Origin: Clostridia bacterium
GTDB lineage: Bacteria > Bacillota > Clostridia > Oscillospirales > SIG627
Direction of reading: 5' to 3'
NCBI GenBank assembly: GCA_017440805.1
Contig: JAFSGN010000016.1
Coordinates: 130,627 to 194,626, forward strand
Length of the DNA stretch: 64,000 nucleotides
How positions within the stretch are numbered: position 1 is the stretch's first letter; each line of letters begins with the position of its first letter. Shown one piece after another: positions 51,121 to 59,940 of this stretch. The notes below the pieces were generated by a model. The model worked only from the letters and a program-made list of their open reading frames with translations, was not told where the DNA came from and searched no databases. Both the position numbers and the translations under genes were made by a program.

Positions 51121-52956
51121 ATGTGCGGAATTATCGGATATACCGGTAGTGAAAATGCCGTTCCAAGACTTTTGGAGGGACTCCGTACCCTTGAATACAG
51201 AGGATACGATTCGGCAGGAATAGCAATATTTTCAGAAAAAAATTCTCTTACGGGGATAAAATCAAAGGGCAGAATAGAAAATCTTGAAGCAAAACTTTCA
51301 TATTTCCCCGATGCATCTGTATCCCATTGCGGAATAGGACATACCCGTTGGGCAACTCATGGTGAGCCCAGCGATATTAACAGCCATCCCCATGGCACTC
51401 CCCGCGTATATATTGTGCACAACGGTATAATTGAAAATTATGCCGAGTTAAAAGACTTCCTTATTTCTCAGGGATACACTTTTTCTTCTCAGACAGACAC
51501 AGAAGCCGCAGCACTTATGATAGACTATTGCTACAACCTTACTCAAAACCCGGCAGATGCAATACTTTCTGCCGTAAAACGCTTTAAAGGCTCTTACGCC
51601 ATAGGTGCAGTTTTTTCCAGTGAACCCGGAAAAATATATGCCATAAGAAAAGACAATCCGCTGATTGCGGCAATCTCTTCCGACGGATGTTTCATTGCAT
51701 CCGACCTGCCTGCCGTTCTCAAATATACCGACAATTATATGCGTATAGATGAGGGCGAGTTGGCTGTTGTGGAGCAAAGCGGAATAAAGATTTATTCTCC
51801 CGACAAAACCGAAGTTAAACGGGATTTCAAAAAAGCCGAGTGGGATGTAAGTTGTGCGACAAAAGGCGAATACCCTCACTTTATGCTTAAAGAAATACAT
51901 GAAGAGCCTACGGCTTTGTTCCAGACTCTTTATCCAATTATATCCGACGGTATGCCTAATTTTGATTCGGCAGGACTTAACGATACCCGTCTTAAGAAGT
52001 TCAAGAAAATATATGTTGTTGCCTGCGGAACGGCTATGCACGCAGGGCTTGTGGGTAAATTTATTGCAGAAAAAATGGCAAGAGTGCCTCTGGAAGTGGA
52101 AATTGCCTCAGAATTCCGTTATAAAAACCCGATTTTAGATAAAACCGACATGGTGATAATCATATCACAGTCAGGCGAGACCGCTGACAGTCTGGCGGCA
52201 TTGAGACTTGCAAAACAGTGCGGCGCATATACTCTCGGTGTGGTTAATGTTCCCGGCTCATCTGTTGCCCGTGAGGCTGACGGAGTTATATACACCCATG
52301 CAGGTCCCGAGATTGCAGTTGCAAGTACAAAAGCATATACGGTACAACTTGGTATCATGTACCTTTTTGCTTTCCGTCTTGCCTATGCACACGAAAAAAT
52401 GGACAGTTCCCAACTCCGCAAATATACCCAGGAACTTATAACATCTGTTCCTGAACTTATACATAAAATTCTTGATACGCAGTCGGAATGTGCTGCCATA
52501 TCAAAAAAATACAAAAATGCTCACAGTGCTTTCTTCATAGGAAGAGGTCTTGATTATGCACTCAGCAGTGAAGCGGCACTCAAACTCAAAGAAATATCTT
52601 ATATTCACAGCGAAGCCTATGCAGCAGGCGAACTCAAACACGGAACTTTATCCCTGGTATGTGAGGATACTCCCGTATTCGCCTTTGCAGGATGTGCTGA
52701 CCTTCTGGACAAAACTATAAGTAATCTTCGCGAAGTCCGTGCACGCGGAGGAAAAGTTGTGCTGATTTGCCAACAGGGATTCCAGGTACCCTCGGATTCC
52801 TATGACGATATTCTGTACCTGCCCTCCTGTGACCAGATGTTCACAATTTTCCCTGCAGCAACAATCGCGCAACTTATCGCTTACTATACTTCACTGGAGT
52901 TAGGTCGTGATATTGACCGCCCGAGAAATCTTGCAAAATCAGTTACTGTTGAATAG
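51121..52956 (+). CDS. glmS: glutamine--fructose-6-phosphate aminotransferase
   Basis: It has N-terminal MCGIIGY, tandem SIS domains and a C-terminal KSVTVE. Confidence 0.96.
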   Translation: MCGIIGYTGSENAVPRLLEGLRTLEYRGYDSAGIAIFSEKNSLTGIKSKGRIENLEAKLSYFPDASVSHCGIGHTRWATHGEPSDINSHPHGTPRVYIVHNGIIENYAELKDFLISQGYTFSSQTDTEAAALMIDYCYNLTQNPADAILSAVKRFKGSYAIGAVFSSEPGKIYAIRKDNPLIAAISSDGCFIASDLPAVLKYTDNYMRIDEGELAVVEQSGIKIYSPDKTEVKRDFKKAEWDVSCATKGEYPHFMLKEIHEEPTALFQTLYPIISDGMPNFDSAGLNDTRLKKFKKIYVVACGTAMHAGLVGKFIAEKMARVPLEVEIASEFRYKNPILDKTDMVIIISQSGETADSLAALRLAKQCGAYTLGVVNVPGSSVAREADGVIYTHAGPEIAVASTKAYTVQLGIMYLFAFRLAYAHEKMDSSQLRKYTQELITSVPELIHKILDTQSECAAISKKYKNAHSAFFIGRGLDYALSSEAALKLKEISYIHSEAYAAGELKHGTLSLVCEDTPVFAFAGCADLLDKTISNLREVRARGGKVVLICQQGFQVPSDSYDDILYLPSCDQMFTIFPAATIAQLIAYYTSLELGRDIDRPRNLAKSVTVE

Positions 52957-52965
52957 GAGGTAACA

Positions 52966-54309
52966 ATGGGAAAATACTTTGGAACAGACGGCTTCCGCGG
53001 TGAAGCAAATAAAGTACTTAATGTTGAACACGCATATAAGGTTGGAAGATATTTAGGCTGGTATTACGGAAAAGAACACAAGTGCCGTGTAGTTATCGGA
53101 AAAGATACACGCCGTTCGGGATATATGTTTGAATATGCACTGGTTGCAGGTCTTACCGCCAGCGGTGCGGAGGCATATCTTTTGCATGTTACCACCACGC
53201 CTTCCGTGGCATATGTTGTAAGAAGTGAAAACTTTGACTGCGGTATAATGATTTCGGCAAGTCATAATCCATATTACGACAACGGAATTAAACTTATAAA
53301 CAGTCGCGGTGAAAAAATGAGCGAAGCAATCATAGAAGAGGTAGAAAAATACCTCGACGGCGAATTTGGTGAAATTCCCTTTGCAACAGGTGAAAATATC
53401 GGTTTTACAATAGACTATGCCATAGGCAGAAACCAGTATATCGGATATATAATTTCCCTTGCCCGCCATTCATATAAAAATATGAAAATCGGTCTGGACT
53501 GTTCAAACGGAAGTACCTGGATGATTGCAAAAAGTGTTTTTGACGCATTGGGTGCAAAAACTTATGTTATCAACAATTCCCCCAACGGTTTAAATATTAA
53601 TATGGGTTGCGGTTCAACTCATATTGAAGGTTTGTGTGAACTTGTAAAGCGTGAAAAACTTGATATCGGATTTGCATTTGACGGTGACGCAGACAGATGT
53701 CTTGCAGTTGACGAAAACGGTCAAGTTCTTACAGGCGACCACATTATTTACCTTTGCGCCAAGTATATGAAACCTGCAAATATGCTGAATAAAAACACCG
53801 TCGTTGTCACAGTTATGTCAAACCTCGGCTTATTTAAAGCACTTTCGGAACTGGGTATCGACTACATACAGACCGATGTAGGCGACAAGTATGTTTACGA
53901 GGCAATGCAAAACGGAAACTACAGTCTGGGCGGCGAAGAATCGGGGCATATAATATTCTCAAAATATGCAACCACCGGTGACGGACTCATCACTGCCATT
54001 AAAGTAATGGAAGTTCTTATGGAAAGTTCACTGCCCGCCTCAAAACTGTGCGAGGGATTTACCCGCTACCCTCAGATTACAGTGAATACCCGTGTTACAG
54101 ATAAAGATGCGGTAATAAATAATCCTGAAGTTCTGGCTGCTGTTAAAAAAGCAGAACAAACTCTTGAAAACAACGGAAGGATTCTGCTTCGCAAAAGCGG
54201 AACCGAGCCTGTTGTAAGAGTAATGATAGAGGCTGAGTCACAAGAACTTTGCAAAAATCTGTCTCAGAGTATAACCGATGTAATAAAGCAGACTCCCTAT
54301 GCGGAATAA
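52966..54309 (+). CDS. glmM: phosphoglucosamine mutase
   Basis: YFGTDGFRG, the active-site SASHNPYYDNGIK, FDGDADR and GGEESGH motifs are present. Confidence 0.95.
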   Translation: MGKYFGTDGFRGEANKVLNVEHAYKVGRYLGWYYGKEHKCRVVIGKDTRRSGYMFEYALVAGLTASGAEAYLLHVTTTPSVAYVVRSENFDCGIMISASHNPYYDNGIKLINSRGEKMSEAIIEEVEKYLDGEFGEIPFATGENIGFTIDYAIGRNQYIGYIISLARHSYKNMKIGLDCSNGSTWMIAKSVFDALGAKTYVINNSPNGLNINMGCGSTHIEGLCELVKREKLDIGFAFDGDADRCLAVDENGQVLTGDHIIYLCAKYMKPANMLNKNTVVVTVMSNLGLFKALSELGIDYIQTDVGDKYVYEAMQNGNYSLGGEESGHIIFSKYATTGDGLITAIKVMEVLMESSLPASKLCEGFTRYPQITVNTRVTDKDAVINNPEVLAAVKKAEQTLENNGRILLRKSGTEPVVRVMIEAESQELCKNLSQSITDVIKQTPYAE

Positions 54310-54350
54310 ATTTTTTTAATGCCATCTCTCTAAAAAACTTCATAAAAACC

Positions 54351-54398
54351 AAACCGAAATCACCTGCCGGCTTTATGCCGACAGGTGATTTCGGTTTT
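54351..54398. terminator. bidirectional terminator between glmM and the feo unit
   Basis: A 16-bp outer stem AAACCGAAATCACCTG/CAGGTGATTTCGGTTT is followed by a T-run. Confidence 0.85.
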
Positions 54399-54435
54399 AT
54401 ACATAATTACTCTTCTGTTTCCAAGAGATTTTTAT

Positions 54436-54588
54436 TTATTTCTTATGGCAGACATCAGACATACCGCAGTTTGAACAACCGCAACTGCAACCGCCTTTTC
54501 CTTTTCTACGGTTTGTGACCTGCACTGCAACAATCCATATAAATATTGCTGCAATTATCAATACCGCTATAAGTGTCGGAACATTCAT
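54436..54588 (-). CDS. FeoB-associated Cys-rich small membrane protein (50 aa)
   Basis: This gene is not in the ORF track because it is under 60 aa. The minus-strand translation is MNVPTLIAVLIIAAIFIWIVAVQVTNRRKGKGGCSCGCSNCGMSDVCHKK*. It has one TM helix and a C-terminal CxCxCxxC cluster, and starts 15 nt after the feoB stop. Confidence 0.7.
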   Translation of the reverse strand: MNVPTLIAVLIIAAIFIWIVAVQVTNRRKGKGGCSCGCSNCGMSDVCHKK

Positions 54589-54602
54589 AGAAAAACCCTT
54601 TC

Positions 54603-56750
54603 TTAATTTGTTTTTTTAGGTCTGAAAATCATGTAAAGCATTGCAATAAACACTATAACCGCAACAACTGACCATACGCTGAATACTCCGTTTGCCAAAA
54701 GTCCGAACTGATAAATAATAAGTGATGCGGCATAAGCAAACGCTGTCATATATAAAAGTGCGAACGCTGTCCATTTCCCGCTGTTCATCTCTCTCCTGAT
54801 GGCACCCATTGCCGCAAAGCACGGAGCACACAAAAGATTGAAAACCATAAAGGAATATGCCGAAAGTTTACTTCCTCCGAAGAATGCTTTACCTATAAGT
54901 ATTGCGTTATCATATACATCGCTTTCAAGTTCCATAATAACATCTGCATTTTCGGGAAGCATTTCGCAAAGAGTGCCAAATACACTTACAACCCCTTCTT
55001 TTGCGACAAGGCCCAGTATGGTTGCAACCACCGACTGCCAGTTGCCAAAACCCAGAGGAATGAACAAAAATGCTATTGCACCGCCGATAACTTCAAGTAT
55101 GGAGGCACCTCCTGCACTTTCCGTTATATAGTGAAGTCCGCCTGTGAAAGATATACTGTTAAGCACCCATATAATAATACTTGCTGCAAGAATTACCGTT
55201 CCTGCTCTTTTTATAAAATCCCAGCCTCTTTCCCAGGTGGTACGAAGTACATTGGAAGCAACCGGAAGATGATATGAGGGAAGTTCCATTACAAAAGGTT
55301 CGGAGTCACCTGCAAACATACTGGTTTTCTTTAAAATAATACCCGAGACAAGTACCGCACCTATCCCGATAAAGTATGCTGAGGTAGCAATAAGTGCACT
55401 GCCTCCGAAAAGAGCACCTGCAACAAGACCGACTATAGGCATTTTCGCACCGCAGGGAATAAAACAGGTGGTAATAATAGTCATTCGTCTGTCTTTTTCA
55501 CTGTCTATTGTACGACTTGCCATTATTCCCGGCACACCGCAACCGGAGGCGACCAGAAGAGGTATAAACGATTTGCCGGATAGTCCGAATTTTCTGAAAA
55601 TTTTATCCATTATAAAGGCAATTCGGGACATATATCCGCAATCCTCAAGAACAGAAAGGAGCAAAAACAGTATCAGCATCTGAGGTACAAATCCCAATAC
55701 GGAACCCACACCGCCCACAATGCCGTCGGCAACAAGACTGACAAGCCATTGGGCGCATCCTGCACTCTCCAGAAAACCTGTAACACCGGGAACAATCCAT
55801 TTTCCGAACAGTGTGTCATTCATGAAACCTACCGTCCAGTCGCCTATTGTTCCGATTGAAATTGTATAAACAAGAGCCATAATCGCCACAAAAATGGGAA
55901 GTGCAAGAAATCTGTTTGTCAAAACAGTGTCTATTTTGTCCGTCACAGATATTCTGTCAGGATATTTTTTCTTAAAACACTCACGGCTGATTTTTGTTAT
56001 GTACTCATATCTTTCGTTGGTGATTATGCTTTCGGCATCGTCATCAAAATGATTTTCAACATATTTTATATCGTCTTCGATATGTTGTATGATGCTTTGT
56101 TCAAGTTTTAATTGTTCTACGACTTTTTTGTCCCGTTCAAAAAGTTTTATGGCGTACCAGCGTTGGCGTTCAAGGGGAAGATGATGAACCGCCGCCTCTT
56201 CAATATGTGCGATAACATGTTCAACCTCGCCGCTGAAAATATGCCTTGATATGACACTTCCCTCTTCCGCAGCATTAATGGCCTTTTCTACTGCCTCCTC
56301 AATTCCCTCTCCCTTAAGTGCGGAGATTTCCACTATAGGACATCTCAGCCTTTTGGAAAGAACTTCTATATTTATTTTATCTCCGTGTCTGCGAACCGAG
56401 TCCATCATATTTATGGCTATTACAACAGGGATACCAAGTTCCATAAGTTGCGTGGTAAGATACAGATTTCTTTCAAGATTGGTCCCGTCTACAATATTCA
56501 GAATAACCTCGGGATGCTCATGAACAAGGTAATTTCTTGCAACAATCTCTTCGGGTGTATAAGGAGAAAGGGAGTAAATTCCGGGAAGGTCGGTTACGGT
56601 TACACCGTCATACTTTTTCAGTTTACCTTCTTTTTTTTCAACTGTTACACCGGGCCAGTTTCCTACATATTGATTTGAACCTGTAAGAAAATTAAAAAGC
56701 GTTGTTTTTCCGCTGTTGGGGTTTCCTGCAAGTGCTATTCTTATGCTCAT
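54603..56750 (-). CDS. feoB: ferrous iron transporter B
   Basis: An N-terminal G-domain (GNPNSGKTTLFN, DLPG, NMMD) precedes a polytopic permease. ATG 56750 follows GAAAGGA, and the tracked TTG at 56768 abuts the feoA stop. Confidence 0.93.
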   Translation of the reverse strand: MSIRIALAGNPNSGKTTLFNFLTGSNQYVGNWPGVTVEKKEGKLKKYDGVTVTDLPGIYSLSPYTPEEIVARNYLVHEHPEVILNIVDGTNLERNLYLTTQLMELGIPVVIAINMMDSVRRHGDKINIEVLSKRLRCPIVEISALKGEGIEEAVEKAINAAEEGSVISRHIFSGEVEHVIAHIEEAAVHHLPLERQRWYAIKLFERDKKVVEQLKLEQSIIQHIEDDIKYVENHFDDDAESIITNERYEYITKISRECFKKKYPDRISVTDKIDTVLTNRFLALPIFVAIMALVYTISIGTIGDWTVGFMNDTLFGKWIVPGVTGFLESAGCAQWLVSLVADGIVGGVGSVLGFVPQMLILFLLLSVLEDCGYMSRIAFIMDKIFRKFGLSGKSFIPLLVASGCGVPGIMASRTIDSEKDRRMTIITTCFIPCGAKMPIVGLVAGALFGGSALIATSAYFIGIGAVLVSGIILKKTSMFAGDSEPFVMELPSYHLPVASNVLRTTWERGWDFIKRAGTVILAASIIIWVLNSISFTGGLHYITESAGGASILEVIGGAIAFLFIPLGFGNWQSVVATILGLVAKEGVVSVFGTLCEMLPENADVIMELESDVYDNAILIGKAFFGGSKLSAYSFMVFNLLCAPCFAAMGAIRREMNSGKWTAFALLYMTAFAYAASLIIYQFGLLANGVFSVWSVVAVIVFIAMLYMIFRPKKTN

Positions 56751-56768
56751 ATTGAATCCTTTCACCAA

Positions 56769-56990
56769 TTATACCATTTCAATTATTTCCGCATCCGCTT
56801 TTCTAAGGGAAAGTTCGTACCCGCGAAGATTAAGTTCCATTGGGTCTCCGAACGGGGCGACTTTGCGTACATAAATCTCGGTTCCTTTGGTAATACCCAT
56901 ATCCATAATGCGACGCTTTACTGCACCCTCTCCGTGCAATTTTGCTACTGTTCCACGCTGACCGACTTTTAAATCCTTGAGTGTCTTCAT
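56769..56990 (-). CDS. feoA: FeoA-family protein
   Basis: This 73-aa SH3-like protein has LKVGQRGTV..L and RRIMDMGITKGTEI. Confidence 0.88.
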   Translation of the reverse strand: MKTLKDLKVGQRGTVAKLHGEGAVKRRIMDMGITKGTEIYVRKVAPFGDPMELNLRGYELSLRKADAEIIEMV

Positions 56991-57011
56991 TTATGCCTCC
57001 CGTTTATTGTC

Positions 57012-57029
57012 AGTTAGTCTATGCTAACT
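57012..57029. promoter_or_regulatory. palindromic box AGTTAGTCTATGCTAACT (copy 1) in the feoA leader
   Basis: It has exact 18-nt identity with copy 2. The internal inverted repeat is AGTTAG/CTAACT. It lies about 20 nt upstream of the feoA start. Confidence 0.6.
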
Positions 57030-57077
57030 CATTGCCAATAATTAATCAGCACTGATTTACCATGCGCTGTTCCGCAT

Positions 57078-57095
57078 AGTTAGTCTATGCTAACT
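57078..57095. promoter_or_regulatory. palindromic box AGTTAGTCTATGCTAACT (copy 2) at the feoAB transcription start region
   Basis: It is identical to copy 1, 66 bp away. It lies immediately downstream of the -10 element. Confidence 0.6.
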
Positions 57096-57101
57096 GATGA
57101 T

Positions 57102-57130
57102 ATTTTATCACAATATTTTCCCATTGTCAA
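57102..57130 (-). promoter_or_regulatory. sigma-A-type promoter of feoAB
   Basis: On the minus strand TTGACA (57130-57125), a 17-nt spacer, then TAAAAT (57107-57102). Confidence 0.7.
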
Positions 57131-57275
57131 TAGAATTATTAAAAAAAATATTTTTTTGTAATATTTTGCAAACAAAGGCATAAATTATTATTCATTTTTG
57201 TGATTTGCCACAATATTGCTTGACAAAAAATCTGTAAAAGATTATAATATTAAAAATAAAAAACAAGAGGAATTC

Positions 57276-57977
57276 ATGGAAAAAGAACAACTTATTGTAA
57301 AACCCATAGCATATATACACACCGATTTTAAAGAAAAATTCGGTATTCCCCGTCAAAGCGGCAGAGCCTCCTCACTGAAAGGAAGAATAGTTTTTGAGCC
57401 CCGGTTCAGAAACTCCTGTGCTCTTAAGGAACTTGACGGATTTTCTCACATCTGGCTGATTTTTGATTTTTCAAAGTCTCACCGCGAAGAATGGTCTCCC
57501 ACTGTCCGTCCCCCAAGACTGGGAGGTAACAGAAGAGTTGGCGTTTTTGCAAGTCGCTCCCCTTTTCGCCCCAATCCCTTAGGACTTTCGGTTGTAAAAC
57601 TTGAAAGTATCGAGAAAACAGAAAATGAAGGAGATGTCCTTATTGTGTCGGGGGTAGATATTTTAGATATGACTCCCATATACGACATAAAACCGTATCT
57701 TCCCCTTGCGGACTGCATAACAGATGCAACCGGCGGATATTCAGAGCAAACAAAAAATTTCTGTCTTCAGGTTTCATTTCCGTCAGCCCTGCTCAATATT
57801 ATACCGGCAGACAAACAGGATGCCGTTATTCAGTGCCTTGCCGAAGACCCGCGCCCTGCATATCAGGACACGCCCGACAGAGTATACAGTATGCTTTTTT
57901 CGGATTTTGACATACGGTTTACTGTTGAAAGCGATTTACTGACTGTTATTGAAGTTGAAAAAAAAATCTGTGAGTGA
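57276..57977 (+). CDS. trmO: tRNA (t6A37-N6)-methyltransferase TrmO/TsaA family
   Basis: IAYIHTDFKEKFGIPRQ, FSHIWLIF and RSPFRPNPLGLSVVKL motifs are present. ATG 57276 follows AAGAGGA. Confidence 0.82.
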   Translation: MEKEQLIVKPIAYIHTDFKEKFGIPRQSGRASSLKGRIVFEPRFRNSCALKELDGFSHIWLIFDFSKSHREEWSPTVRPPRLGGNRRVGVFASRSPFRPNPLGLSVVKLESIEKTENEGDVLIVSGVDILDMTPIYDIKPYLPLADCITDATGGYSEQTKNFCLQVSFPSALLNIIPADKQDAVIQCLAEDPRPAYQDTPDRVYSMLFSDFDIRFTVESDLLTVIEVEKKICE

Positions 57978-57994
57978 CCTCACAGATTTTTTTA
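57958..57994. terminator. bidirectional terminator overlapping both convergent stop codons
   Basis: The stem ATCTGTGAG/CTCACAGAT is flanked by A7 and T7. The trmO stop lies in the loop. Confidence 0.75.
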
Positions 57995-59368
57995 TTCACT
58001 AATGGCTTTTGTTTTCCACTTACCGCGACAGTAGAATACAGTGGTAAGCACTGCACCCATTACCCAACTGATTAAAAGCGAAATTTGTATACACTGCTTT
58101 ATACCGTAAGGAAGTTCAGGTGTTCGGGTCATGTATGAAATTCCGTAAGCAACTGGCACACGAATAATAACAGTTGTAATGAGAGAAATCCACATAGGTG
58201 TCATAGTGTCACCTGCACCGCGCATGATACCCGACAAGCTTTGTGTTATTGCCATTGCTATGTACCCTACTGCAAGTATCTGCATAAGGCTGTAACTCAA
58301 ATCAACAAGTTCTGCGGTATCGGTAAAAAGTCCCATAAGCGGTTTTCCGAAAAACAGAATTATTGCCGTTATAACTGTCGAACACACTACCGACATGAGT
58401 GCTCCCTGCTTAGCACCCTGGGTAACACGATCATACTTTCCGGCACCCACATTCTGACCTGCATAGGTTGTAAGTGCCGTACCAAAAGAAAAGTTTGGCA
58501 TCATGGCAAATCCGTCAACACGCATAACAACTACATTGGCCGCTATAAACTGATCTCCGAATTTGTTGGTAAGCGATTGAACTATCAGCATTGCAGACGA
58601 AAATATTGCCTGAGTAAGGCCCGACGGAAGTCCAAGTCGGATGACAGTTTTTACGGTGCTTCCCTTGGGAATAAGATATTTTAAACCAAAATCAAAATAT
58701 TCGCTCATTCTTGCGAGTTTTAAAAGGCACAGTACTGAAGAAACAACCTGTGCTATAACAGTAGCAAGAGCAACACCGCCAACTCCCATACCGCACTCCG
58801 CAACAAAATAAATATCAAGAAAAATATTTATGACAGTCGCAACCAAAAGATATATAAGTGCTGACATCGAGTCGCCCAGACCCCTTATAATACTGCTGAG
58901 AATATTATAAAACGCAAGTCCCGCAATACCCAGTACAGAAATGATAAGATAATCTGTGCAGCCGTCAATAATGGTATCCGGTGTATCCAACAACACAAGA
59001 GCAGGCCGTATAAGAGGTGTTGCAACTATCATGAGCATAATACATGCTATGACGGTTACGGTAATACTGTTTCCGATTGAATATGAAAGTTCTTCACGGT
59101 TTTTTGAGCCATAATACTGCGAAACCATGACATTTGAACCAACCGAAATACCGATAAACAAAACAAGCAAAAGATTTACAATAGGTCCTGCACTGCCCAC
59201 CGCTGCAAGAGCACCGTCACCTATGTATTTTCCAACTACAATACTGTCTACTGTATTGTAAAGTTGTTGTGCAATATTTCCCAACAACATAGGGAGAGTA
59301 AACATTACAATGCTTTTCCATGGAGTACCCACCGTCATATCTGTGGGTGCAAAAAGTTTTTTGAACAC
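57992..59368 (-). CDS. MATE-family efflux transporter
   Basis: The 458-aa protein has 12 predicted TM helices, with N-terminal PMLLGNIAQQLYNTVDSIVVG and the repeated half typical of MATE (NorM/DinF class). Confidence 0.85.
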   Translation of the reverse strand: MFKKLFAPTDMTVGTPWKSIVMFTLPMLLGNIAQQLYNTVDSIVVGKYIGDGALAAVGSAGPIVNLLLVLFIGISVGSNVMVSQYYGSKNREELSYSIGNSITVTVIACIMLMIVATPLIRPALVLLDTPDTIIDGCTDYLIISVLGIAGLAFYNILSSIIRGLGDSMSALIYLLVATVINIFLDIYFVAECGMGVGGVALATVIAQVVSSVLCLLKLARMSEYFDFGLKYLIPKGSTVKTVIRLGLPSGLTQAIFSSAMLIVQSLTNKFGDQFIAANVVVMRVDGFAMMPNFSFGTALTTYAGQNVGAGKYDRVTQGAKQGALMSVVCSTVITAIILFFGKPLMGLFTDTAELVDLSYSLMQILAVGYIAMAITQSLSGIMRGAGDTMTPMWISLITTVIIRVPVAYGISYMTRTPELPYGIKQCIQISLLISWVMGAVLTTVFYCRGKWKTKAISE

Positions 59369-59404
59369 TTTTGTATCCTCGTAAATAATTAAATATGTAA
59401 ATTT

Positions 59405-59458
59405 TCAAAAAATCAAATCCCATTCAATCGTATAAAAAGAATGGGATTTTCTTTTTTG
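59405..59458 (-). terminator. intrinsic terminator after the efp-linked operon
   Basis: An 11-bp stem AAATCCCATTC/GAATGGGATTT has T-runs on both strands. Confidence 0.7.
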
Positions 59459-59480
59459 GTCTGAAATTTCAAACTATAAA

Positions 59481-59900
59481 TCAGTCTTGTGTTTTATCAC
59501 TGAATTCTGCGTGGCAAGAGGGACAAATAACGCGGGAGGGGTCAATACTGTCGTCAAGATATACGGGTTCTCCGCAAGACGGACAGGTCACCTCATAGAA
59601 TTCTCCGATGTCATCATCGTCACAGCAGCAATCGCAGTCACAATCACAATCGTCATCGTAGCAATCGCAGTCGTCATAATCTTCGTAGAAATCGTCTTCA
59701 AGAGAACCTAAATCCTCGTCAATTTCTTCGATGTATTGGTTGAGAGTATCGGTTTCGTCTTCAAGGTCACATACCGAAAGTGCCATATCCTCAAGAATAT
59801 CGGCAATGTATTTAAGAACCTTGCCTTCTTTTGTGGCTTCATCAATGCCAAGACCTTCCATAAGACCTTTGAGATGTGCAACTTTTTCTGTAAGTGTCAT
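59481..59900 (-). CDS. acidic zinc-ribbon protein with Asp/Cys-only tract (efp-linked conserved hypothetical)
   Basis: ATG 59900 follows AAAGGAGAG, and the tracked ORF adds 33 leader codons. The C-terminus carries CPSCGEPV...CPSCHAEF. The central tract is DYDDCDCYDDDCDCDCDCCCDDDD. Confidence 0.65.
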   Translation of the reverse strand: MTLTEKVAHLKGLMEGLGIDEATKEGKVLKYIADILEDMALSVCDLEDETDTLNQYIEEIDEDLGSLEDDFYEDYDDCDCYDDDCDCDCDCCCDDDDIGEFYEVTCPSCGEPVYLDDSIDPSRVICPSCHAEFSDKTQD

Positions 59901-59940
59901 AACAATCTCTCCTTTGCAATTTTTTTGGAAAATAGATTTA

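Noticed and set aside
59415-59449. The terminator stems at 59415-59449 and 63427-63466 share the arm AAATCCCATT/AATGGGATTT, which hinted at a dispersed repeat family.
   Set aside because: Only about 10 bp are shared, and the loops and flanks differ. A single 10-mer coincidence in 64 kb is not significant.
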